Part shown: positions 47,256 to 60,630 of the stretch, piece by piece
How the letters are laid out: the number at the start of each line of letters is the position of its first letter
Position numbering within the stretch: the first letter of the stretch is position 1
Origin: Eledone cirrhosa
Taxonomy: Eukaryota
Direction of reading: 5' to 3'
Assembly: GCA_964016885.1 (NCBI GenBank)
Contig: OZ024746.1
Span: 32,860,001 to 32,924,000, forward strand
Length of the DNA: 64,000 bases
The notes under the pieces: generated by a model
The model's input: only the letters and a program-made list of their open reading frames with translations
Told to the model about the DNA's origin: nothing
Databases searched by the model: none
Made by a program: the position numbers and the translations under genes

Positions 47256-47596
47256 CATATAAATGCAATTAAAAAAAACCTAGAGAAACATATCCGAATT
47301 ACCGTATATAACAAGAATGATACCGAAATTCCAGGTACCATCAATAATGCTCCATTAACAAAACTCACAATATCCTCTACAAATCAAACAAAAAGCAATA
47401 AATCAAAAACTAATACATTAAAAAATCTACTAAACAATTAGTTCACACCCATAATAACAATCACAATGTTATAATTTCATCTGATAACAATATCTACCCT
47501 CAAACTTCTATACATACCCAATATAATAAGAGGAAACCTTTAAGAAACCATAAAAGAAATGTAACATGGTATAACGCTCCATTCAACTTGTAAACT

Positions 47597-48572
47597 ATGG
47601 GCCGAATCCCTAAAAAACTTTTTACAATTCTCGATAAACATTTCCCACCTAACCACAAATACCATCAAATCTTAAACAGAAATACAGTAAAATTTTCTTA
47701 CTCCACATCGAGCAATATACAACAAAAAATAAGTGCATATAATATTTACAAATGTAAAACAAGCTCCATCTATACCACACACAATAGCACACCACACACA
47801 AGATAACTATGGTAATACTACAACGTATAACCAGAATATTACTGCATACCCACCTGATAGATCCGCTCACTCACCTCACCAGCACAATATAGCAGTCTAC
47901 AACCAACTACCATCTTCCTCATCCTTAATAGGGACTAAGATTTACAGACCCAATCTAAATAATAGCGTCCAAAACAACCATGATTCCATAAACGCTATAT
48001 CAAGTATAATTTCACCAACTAGCAACAATTCGGATTATAACCACCCTACCGTAAACCCTTCTCTCCCCAATAAAAAGGTAAACACAAATACTAGCACTAT
48101 TATTGAGAATATGGATAGCACATATGAAACCCTATATGCAAACGGTTGTAATTGTAGAATAAAAGCTAATTGCTCCTTAAATGGAAATTGCTTAATTAAT
48201 AATAAAGTATATAAATGTGTAATCACCACTAAAGACTCTAATCAATCCTATATAGGATCCACTTCTAATCCATTTAAATCGAGATTTTATGCACACACCC
48301 ACAGTTTCCGAAACACAAAATTAGCAAATACCACTTCTTTAGTAGAAGCAGTTAATAATTGTAAAAGGAAGAATATTAAATATAACCTAACTTGGAAGAT
48401 TCTTAAGAGAGCTATTTCTTATCAGGGCAATAGAAGGGAGTGCGGACTGTGTTCCCAAGAAATTTTTGAAATTACTAAATCGAAGGACACTCTATTAAAT
48501 AAAAGACAAGAATTAATTTTAGTATGTAACCATAAAATTAGAAGGACATTCAAATATTATAAATACAACTAA
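47597..48572 (+). pseudogene. PLE thumb/linker + GIY-YIG endonuclease remnant (no RT core)
   Basis: Overlapping frameshifted ORFs 47597-47806 and 47733-48572 carry the motifs above. Confidence 0.8.
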
Positions 48573-49066
48573 ACAAATATAGAAAATGATATAGGTGAAT
48601 AAATGTGTGAGTATAGGTGTGTGTGTGAATATGTATACCTGTGTGTGTATATGTATATGCATAGATGTATGCCTATATATAAATATGTGTGACTATACAT
48701 GTGTATATATTTTTAGAACAAATTATTCCTCACAACAAAGAAATAACTAACTTTTTAAGATTGTTCTATTCCATTCTACTTGATGTAACACACTAATCTC
48801 AGTACCCCTTTTCCTCCAACCGTAATCTTCTTTGACCATCAACACTTATATATACAATATGCCTAAATTCATTTACACTAGCAACTTTCATTTCTTTTCT
48901 TAAAAGACATTTTATACCTTATCCCCTGATGGCCTATTTATTCATCTACTACCACCAACCATAAGGATTTATACTGCCCCTTTCCATTCTTAACATTGGT
49001 CAATTTGAACCTGGTTATAAAACCTTACTTATTCATATGTATGTTTTTTTGTATTCTTCAATAAAC

Positions 49067-49215
49067 AAAACTCATTATTTCTGAAGACGGCGGGTAGTGA
49101 AGACGTATGTACGTTTTCTTACTATGATATTTTGTAATATGTTTTACATAGATCAATAATTGAATGAACATACAGGGAACTACCCCCCAGAAACGATCGT
49201 AAAATAATGAGTTTT
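49067..49215 (+). ncRNA. Type I hammerhead ribozyme with extended stem II
   Basis: Stem I aaaactcattattt / aaataatgagtttt (14 bp, perfect); CTGAAGA 49081-49087; stem II ggcgggtagt / actacccccc; GAAA 49190-49193; palindromic stem III CGATCG; TA cleavage triplet 49200-49201. Confidence 0.8.
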
Positions 49216-49253
49216 ACTATGAATTAACAGTTTTGTGTTTAATTTCATTGTTT

Positions 49254-49385
<132 letters not shown>

Positions 49386-49480
49386 AGGGAGTGTAACGTG
49401 GAGTTACTGCAGGTCACCCGGGTGAGCACTCGATGTTTAGGTTCACTTCTGTGTTGAGGTGTAGAGCTATACAGAGTGTA

Positions 49481-49638
49481 ATATATTGAAATGATAACAA
49501 GGACGATCGATTGGTTACTCCTTTATTACATTTATTGGTAGGCGACGCGCGTTTCGGCACTGATCAGCTCAAGGTTCGATCTATATCGATCTTACCCGAC
49601 TCAATAATCGGCAGCTCGACGGATCCTTGTTATCCTTT

Positions 49639-49646
<8 letters not shown>
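49481..49646 (-). mobile_element. Mini-element with 23-bp terminal inverted repeat and 3' half-hammerhead
   Basis: atatattgaaatgataacaagga / tccttgttatcctttcaatatat; minus strand GAAA-CGCGCG-TC at 49544-49555, followed by AATAAA. Confidence 0.55.
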
Positions 49647-49689
<43 letters not shown>

Positions 49690-49876
49690 AAAAAGATGAA
49701 ATCGAAAATGCAACTGGAGTCTTATTTAAAAAAAGATATATATATTAAATAAATATATATATTTTTTTTAAAAATAAGACTCCAGTTGCATTTTCGATTT
49801 CATCTTTTTTTCTTTATACTTTCACTCGTGTAGGACACGTCAGTTATTTTTCATTTTGTGTAAAAATCCTCACTTT

Positions 49877-49929
<53 letters not shown>

Positions 49930-50221
49930 ATATGATATATATATGATATATATATGATATATTTCCTACAGAATTCAGCTCTAACTGACAATCCCCTATC
50001 CCCTTTTGAATTTTTGACCACTCGATTAACAATACACTCACAAGATATTCTTCAAAACACAACTTCCTCCCTTGCAGATAAACAAGTAACGTTCCCATTC
50101 CATCCAATCTTTCAGCAAGCAGGATTGAAGAAAATTTATTCAAACAGTTGATTTTGATTTTAATTTTAAACCTTTCGTTTTTAACTCCTATCAACTCCTT
50201 TAAATTTTTTACACTTAACAT

Positions 50222-50267
50222 TTGATAAGATGGGTTTTAATAACGCAATAACACATCGAAACCGGTA
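50222..50267 (+). ncRNA. Degenerate U3-A8 variant hammerhead motif
   Basis: TTGATAA, stem II gatgggtt / aacacatc, GAAA-CCGG-TA; stem I not evident. Confidence 0.5.
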
Positions 50268-50488
50268 AACCTTCATATACTTTATATACATCATAACAAA
50301 TTTTTAAAAAAGAATTGTCCCTCTCATTTTTTAATAATATTATCTTTTCAATAATGTCACTTTGACGAACAAAAAAGAAAAACAGACCATTAAATATATC
50401 GTCAATGCTATTTCCAACTTCATCTTTTCTCTATATCCACTGTTTTGTATAGAATCCTTACTTTCCTTTTCTAATATATATATATATA

Positions 50489-52058
<1,570 letters not shown>

Positions 52059-52260
52059 TACATACATACATACATACATATATATATGGATTTAGTTCCA
52101 CAGCAAATTATCAAACCATACTCGAGGACCCGAGTTTCAGCTGACGGATTTTCAACCCGTGTATGGCTGCAGTGAGGTTCCGTTCTCACTGCACCCATAC
52201 ACTGGTTGATTGCTCTACCAACTAGTAATATAACGTCCCATTTCTTTACCATTATAAATA

Positions 52261-52336
52261 CAGGCTTCTCCAAAAATGTATACACGCTTCAACAGCATTC
52301 TAATCAAAGTATGTATACATTTTTTGGGACACCCTG
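52261..52336. mobile_element. Tc1/mariner-type MITE
   Basis: TA|cagg…ccaaaaatgtatac … gtatacattttttgggacaccctg|TA. Confidence 0.7.
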
Positions 52337-52419
52337 TATATATATATATATATATATATATACACGTGGGAAAGTAAGAAATCGGAGAATAGACCGTTAA
52401 AACATGTTTATTTAAAACA

Positions 52420-52459
52420 GCACCTACGTATGTTTCGCCCAGTTGGGCTTCTCAAGGGC
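52420..52459 (-). ncRNA. Minimal U3-A8 variant hammerhead (left arm copy)
   Basis: Exact reverse complement of 53229-53268; followed on the minus strand by AATAAA. Confidence 0.7.
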
Positions 52460-53228
52460 ATAAATAATCAAAAGTGTTCCTTACATTGCTCGGAAAGAGT
52501 TTTGGGGGTTAAATCCACGTCAAGGTTCATTGCTCGCAAAAATAGCTTGTTTTGATTTTGCAGCAGGTCAAGGGAGGTAACTCTGGCCGGTGTTAGGGCA
52601 GTCTTTCCCGGACAAATTTTTTAATCCGCTACGAGATGAGGTTACAACCTTATCATTGTCGATACGCATGTAATCAACGCTTATTTTGAGAGTTTTTTTT
52701 GCCGCATCTGTTTGTCTGAGTCGTTTGAGGCTGGGTCTGGTATGCAAGGATAGTTTCCTGGGTGTTATTTTGCAGCACCCCACGAGCTCATCAACAGCGA
52801 TAAGTTGTACACATCGCTTAAAAATATCCTTCTTCAGATGGGTTAAGGATGAGGAGTGAAACCGTGCACCGGATCTCCCTGCAACAAGTCTTAACACTCC
52901 GGCGGGCAGGCGCTGCAAAATAACACCCAGGAAACTATCCTTGCATACCAGACCTAACCTCAAACGACTCAGACAAACAGATGCGGCAAAAAAACCTCTC
53001 AAAATAAGCGTTGATTACATGCATATCGACAATGGTAAGGTTTTAACCTCATCTCGTAGCGGATAAAAAGATTTGTCCGGGAAAGACTGCCCTAACACCG
53101 GCCAGAGTTACCTCCCTTGACCTACTACAAAATCAAAACAAGCTATTTTTGCGAGCAATGAACCTTGACGTGGATTTAACCCCCAAAACTCTTTCCGAGC
53201 AATGTAAGGAACACTTTTGATTATTTAT

Positions 53229-53268
53229 GCCCTTGAGAAGCCCAACTGGGCGAAACATACGTAGGTGC
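53229..53268 (+). ncRNA. Minimal U3-A8 variant hammerhead
   Basis: gccc TTGAGAA gccc-aact-gggc GAAA c-atac-g TA ggtgc. Confidence 0.7.
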
Positions 53269-53471
53269 TGTTTTAACGGTCTATTCTCCGATTTCTTACT
53301 TTCCCACGTTCTTACGCTCTGCTAACTCTCTAGCCCACTAAATATTAACACTTCGAATATTTAATACTGCCGGCACTAGTATCGAGCACCTTTGTCATAC
53401 GCTACTTGACAAATAACTATATGTATCACCTATCCTCCCCCTTTTTTTTTCTCTCCCTCGATACGTAAATA

Positions 53472-53561
<90 letters not shown>

Positions 53562-53687
53562 CTGCGAATCTGCTTTATTCAGAACACTTTATGACAAAGC
53601 AACACATTTATCTATGAGAGACGGGAATGGCTGATATCAGAGCATGCGCGCACATACAGATCTCTCTCTCTCTCTATATATATATAT

Positions 53688-53752
<65 letters not shown>

Positions 53753-54370
53753 TGCTCTTAAATAGATTATTTGTCAATAACATATTGGTAAAAAAAGAAC
53801 GTGTTACATGCAAACATATACAATTAAGTAATGGTAATTCGAAGACAAATAGCGAGAAAAACAGAAAAGGTAAAGTGTTGCATTCAGAAAAATAAACTGA
53901 ACAATTTAGTTAGACAAACGAACAGCGATTTTCTTAATCTTAGATGTCTGCCGGAACAAATAAAACCATTAAATAGAGTACATTAAAAAATTAACTTGGA
54001 ATAGCATAAAATATAATGTAAAATGTTTTCTTTTTAGGAAATATTACACAAAATTTATAAATTAGAAAATTGAACATGGAAACAATTACCGAAATATATA
54101 AAGAGAGGAATTAGAAAAAAATTTCTAGAAAGTTCCAGAAAACATTTTCAATAGAAATTACAGAAATCGTAAAGATTAAAAAATTGAACGAACACAAAAA
54201 CCTACGTTACTTGTATTGTCGTTTAGTTTTCAGGTACGTTTGGTCAAATCTATGTGTTATAAATAAAAATATCTCGACCCGTTTCTATAGATGGGAATAT
54301 ATCTTCGTTTCTGAGTAAATATATTCTCTTATTACTTTCTCTAACTCCAAAGCCTATTATTATAACATTT

Positions 54371-54588
54371 GACAGTGCTGGATTGACAGTATTGGTAGAG
54401 CATCGAACACCATGCTTCGTGGCATATAGTTACGTCCCCTCACGTTCTGAGTTCAAATCCCCTCGAGGTTAGCTTTGCCTTTCATTCTTACTGGTCGATG
54501 AAATAAATTACCAGTAACGCGCTAGGGTCGAATTAATCGACTTTCCCCTCCTCCAAAATTGTTGGCCTTGTGCCTAAATCAGAAACCA
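54371..54588 (+). mobile_element. tRNA-derived Nin-like SINE (longer variant)
   Basis: GAGTTCAAATCC B box, gcctttcattc…gtcgatgaaataaattaccag, ggccttgtgcctaaa tail. Confidence 0.8.
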
Positions 54589-55301
54589 TTATCACAGCAT
54601 CTAAAATGTTTTGCATGATTGTTGAGTGAATCATCATCGGATCTCTGTCTTATTTCCCTGTTATTTACTTCAAGTTAACTTTATTGAACACTTTCTCATA
54701 CGAAAAGTGGTCCAGCCATTTTTTCAGAAATAGTACATCTATGATAAAATTACTTTATACATTCCCCACTTTTAATTCAAATGGTGTAGCTCCGAGCCGC
54801 ACGTCGTTTCTAATAGAAGCGGCTTCGTTGCATCATACGCTGAATGTGTCATTTACCTACAGTTAGATATAGATTTAATTGCAGCTTTTGAATTAGATGC
54901 CGTCGTTGTGAAAAGAAGTCGAAATTGCTGTTTATTCTTCCGATGAAGAAAATTATCTTGAGGTATTAGGGTTGAATCTGCTTTCTATATATTTTTATTT
55001 ACTTCACTCAAAATATCGCCTACGCAGCGTTGTTATTAGGAGTGTAGGTGTCTACAGAATAAACTACGAAGGTCCCTCCCACCCTTCCTGTTTTCTAAAA
55101 AAAAAACGAGTTGTTTCGAACGGATGTGGAAGTCAGATGAAATGAAACGACTTTTCTTAACAGTTGTCTGTTTTCAACGAATCTGACTGTTAAAACTGTT
55201 GGAAATTATTCGGTTTTTGTTAGTTAACAGTATCTCACAACAAATGTCAGATGGGGTTGGGGTAGCGTCAAGAGAGGCAGAGCTTGGGAATAGGATTAAG
55301 G

Positions 55302-55335
55302 CACACACACGCACACATACACACACACACACACA

Positions 55336-55374
<39 letters not shown>

Positions 55375-55413
55375 TCACACACACACACGCACACACACAC
55401 ACACACACACACA

Positions 55414-55444
<31 letters not shown>

Positions 55445-55483
55445 TCTCTCTCTCTGTGTCACACACACACACACACACACACA

Positions 55484-55514
<31 letters not shown>

Positions 55515-55560
55515 TCTCTCTCACACGCACACACACACACTCTCTCTCTCACACACACAT
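55302..55560. repeat. Alternating (CA)n/(CT)n microsatellite
   Basis: Read directly. Confidence 0.95.
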
Positions 55561-55994
55561 ATACATATATGTGTGTATCTGATGACTCTGATAAACAGGC
55601 GAAATACCAAAGTAATCAGACTCACTATTTAGCCTTAATAAAATGAACAGAACTTATGTTTACCGAATTCACAGACTAGATTCCTTCTTCCTCCCGTTAG
55701 ACCTGTACGGAATTCCTTCCTTGCTCACATTCCAACCAGGTTTGATGGTCTTTATTCTCTCTCGTTCACGATTTCACCGAACTTATATTCATGGAAATTT
55801 GGGACTTGATTCCTTCTTCCTCACTTTTCGTTGCTTCACCATCTTTGTTTGTTTACACCCTCGTGTCCCCTTTATTTACGTGTCCCAACGACTTTTTTTA
55901 GCCGTTGCTCGCACCAACCGGAGGTATATGGTCTTTAAAGCGATGAAATACCAAAGATGGTTGGAAGATCACTGATGAAGGACTAACTGTATTC

Positions 55995-56028
<34 letters not shown>

Positions 56029-57052
56029 GGAGATTATATATATATATATATATTTGAGATCTGAAATAACTTCAGACTTTCAAACCATTTAGCTAATTTA
56101 AACGGAGCTCCTTTGTTTACATTCATCGTGTTTAATTTTCGTTTTATCCAAATGGATTAATGTGTATTTAACATGTTCTTTAGTGTTGCATATAGTAAGA
56201 TTTGGTTGAATCGAAATAATAATACTTTCAAGAGTAAATATAACTATTAATCCTATATGTAAGTGACAACTATTGATTTAAACTGATTGTAATATTTATA
56301 ATGTTCATAATTCTAAACATTATATAAATTGCATATACAGATGCTAATATACGATTAAGTTATGATAAATACTCTCATACATATTTACTATATCTGTAAA
56401 CATCATTGGTAGTTAATAAGAATTCTGATTTTGAATTTTGTATCTTAATATTGAATATATTTATTAATTTAACTATGCTCCTAATTATCATTGAACATAT
56501 CAGATATTGTTTAATTTTGATATAATATAATAGTATATTATATAATAGTATATTATATAATAGTATATTATATAATAGTATAATTTGCTCAAATATAATC
56601 AAATACAATAGATTAAACATTTCACGATATTTAATTGGTCGCTTCGACCTGACTTAATATTTGAAAAAAACTGTCACGCATCATGTCCCTTTCTTCTTTC
56701 TTTCTTTTTTATTTCTTTTCCTTTACAGTTATGTATTCCATTCTCTATTATATCGCCTCCTTCCTTTTATCTTCATCTTTTTAGTTTCTTCCATCCTCTC
56801 TTATATTTAGCACTCTCTCTCTCTTTTGTTTTTTCTCTAACACAGATATTTACGGGTTATTTATGTCTTCTATATTTTCTCATACTCACCCCCTCCTAAA
56901 ACTTGTATATCGCTACATATCCCTCTCTCCATCACATTTAGTTTGTCATGTTATTACTTGTGGTATATAAATATTGAGTTTTGTTGTAATAAATCACTGC
57001 CAAGACTGAAATTGAACCATCAACACAGTTGAGGTATGTCATACATCAATTC

Positions 57053-57124
57053 ATATATTTTATCTGATGAGGACGTACTGAAAAAACAGCACAGTACCTC
57101 CGAAATATATATAATAAAACATAT
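57053..57124 (+). ncRNA. Canonical type I hammerhead ribozyme
   Basis: Stem I atatattttat / ataaaacatat; CTGATGA 57064-57070; stem II ggacgtactg / cagtacctcc; GAAA 57102-57105; palindromic stem III TATATA; TA 57112-57113. Confidence 0.8.
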
Positions 57125-57163
57125 ATTTTGATTATGCAAATGTCTCCATTTATTAATATTTTG

Positions 57164-57228
<65 letters not shown>

Positions 57229-57240
57229 AAAATATATATA

Positions 57241-57665
<425 letters not shown>

Positions 57666-58012
57666 CATATATATACGAGAGAGTTCGGCCAACTGATGTA
57701 CAGAGACAGCTGAACATATATATATATATATTGTACATGTTCCTACATGCCTCACTTGACCGTTAATTTTCGACGGTATTATGGGGCGACATTTGTTGAA
57801 AATATACGAAAAACCACAGGGAAAAAATTCTCACCGATCAAAAAAACCTCTGAAAGCGAAACTCCGGAACTCCCCTATCTCTTTCTGTCTTCAGAAAAGA
57901 AGAACGAAAAACCTAGAAAAGAGAAAAATGTCAATTTCTCACCGAAACCCAGCGGGTGCTTTTCTATAATTTTACTTTATACATGCATGCATACATACAT
58001 ACATACATAGAT

Positions 58013-58217
<205 letters not shown>

Positions 58218-58716
58218 AAAATACATCATACACAAAGCCCCAGAGAAACACGTTTCAAAAAAAAAAAAAAAAAAATGTGGATAATCTAATCTACATGATT
58301 GGAAACAGATAGTGAAGCATTAGAAGATATCGGTATTTTAATGGCGAAGTTGATGACAACGGAATTATTAGTTTTTAGATTTTTCCCTCATATTTCTTCT
58401 GAAATTTGCCTTTGATCAGATGCCAAATAGATCATAATATGCCTTCTATTTGGCAAAACTTCAACACCTTCAAAACAGCACTTTTACTGCTTTTACATGG
58501 AAAATCCATATCACGCATACATATAGCTATATTTTTAATTCGTGAAACGCTGTACGATATAGATACACTCAAACGATTGCACGTGTGTGCATATATGTAT
58601 GTATATACATATATGTATGTATATATATATATATATATATACATATATATATGTATATATATACATATATGTATGTATATACATAATCATGTATACATAA
58701 TTACGAAAGAGTGTAC

Positions 58717-58784
<68 letters not shown>

Positions 58785-58884
58785 ATATATATATATATAT
58801 ATGTATATATATATGTATATATATATATGTATATATATGTATGTATATACATAATCATGTATACATAATTACGAACGAGTGTAC

Positions 58885-59017
<133 letters not shown>

Positions 59018-59102
59018 TGTCTATGTGTATAAACGAATATTATGCATACACTTGTAGAAATATGCGTGTGTGAGTAGCTGTGCAGTAAATGATGCCATAT
59101 AT

Positions 59103-59175
<73 letters not shown>

Positions 59176-59635
59176 TATGTGTGTGTATATATATGTAGCT
59201 GTGCAGGAAATGATGCCATATATATATATATATGTATGTATGTATATACGTATGTATATATATATATACATACGTATATACATACGTATATACATACATA
59301 CATATATATATATATATGGCATCATTTCCTGCACAGCTACTCACACACGCATATTTCCACAAGTGGACGCATAATATTCGTTTATACACATAGACATGCA
59401 TATATATATATATATGCATGTCTATGTGTATATATATATGCATGTGTGTGTGTGTAACTGATAAATTCCTTTACGTCAGCCACATATGTATATACATGAA
59501 AATATAGTTGGAGTGAAAATCTGTTTGGCATTCCCATGATGTGAATAATTGTATGTGCTATTTTTTGTGTGCGCTCATCTCACGGAATCCTAATTATTGC
59601 TAATTTTAATATTTATTCCTAGTTTTATTTGCAAC

Positions 59636-59671
<36 letters not shown>

Positions 59672-59812
59672 GCTGCAAATAAAACTAGGAATAAATATTA
59701 AAATATATATATATACATATATAGGTACGTTATTCCGGGTTGAATCGGAGGTAACCATAGTAAGTAAGGTACTCAATACATTGCAGAGTATAAAAGTTTT
59801 AATATAGATGAG

Positions 59813-59859
59813 ATTCTACAGGACTAGAACTGTTTCATTCTTTAGAAATCATCAGGAAT
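59813..59859 (-). ncRNA. Type I hammerhead motif
   Basis: Minus strand reads attc CTGATGA tttctaaagaat GAAA cag-ttctagtc-ctg TA gaat. Confidence 0.7.
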
Positions 59860-59881
59860 ATAACCATAGTGGCCACTATGG

Positions 59882-59982
<101 letters not shown>

Positions 59983-60001
59983 TGTATAGGTATATGTATA
60001 T

Positions 60002-60053
<52 letters not shown>

Positions 60054-60066
60054 AGGTATATGTATA

Positions 60067-60398
60067 TGTATTGTAAAGTGAAATTATAGGAGCCCAAAGA
60101 ATTTCCTTAATCATTTATTTCTGCAAACACTATACACATTTCAGTGGCTAGGTTGCGTTAGGATCTGGTGACATCCTCAGATGTAAATTGCATAATAGAT
60201 GTATACCAACGGAATGATGGTAAACTTTAAGGAAACAAACAAAGAATAGATGGTGTACATCTATTACGCGATTTACACCTGAGGATGTCACCAGGTTCTT
60301 ACACAACCTGACCACTGAAATATGCATAGTGTTTGCAGAAATAAATAATTAAGGAAATGGAACATTTTTTGCCTCCTGTAATATCATTTTATAATACA
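60067..60398. mobile_element. Diverged inverted repeat (~140-bp arms) with hammerhead-like core in each arm
   Basis: 60067-60208 vs 60251-60398; + arm reads acac CTGAGGA…caggtt/aacctg…GAAA tatgca TA gtgt, then AATAAA. Confidence 0.65.
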
Positions 60399-60565
60399 TT
60401 TACTCCGTTCCCGCACCACCAACATGATTCAACATCAAAAATGGTTGAGTTGCATAACGTCGAGTGCTTTTATCATATTACATTAAGGTTAACATTGCAA
60501 AACGACCAATTCTACTCAGTGGTAAACTATATATATATATATATATATATAAGTATATATATATT

Positions 60566-60630
<65 letters not shown>

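Larger units (their letters stand above)
52364..53475. mobile_element. Inverted-repeat element (~400-bp arms, 135-bp spacer) with a variant hammerhead in each arm
   Basis: 52364-52776 is the reverse complement of 52912-53309; TA runs at both ends. Confidence 0.85.

Noticed and set aside
47733-48572. Selenocysteine-recoded Naiad protein
   Set aside because: All conserved Cys positions use TGT/TGC; no in-frame TGA.
52568-53002. 144-aa ORF as a gene
   Set aside because: It spans the inverted repeat and spacer, has no recognisable motif, and the other arm has a stop in the equivalent frame.
55575-55625. Hammerhead-like CTGATGA…GAAA
   Set aside because: Stem II closing pair, the UH position and stem I do not fit cleanly; it could be chance or too decayed to call.
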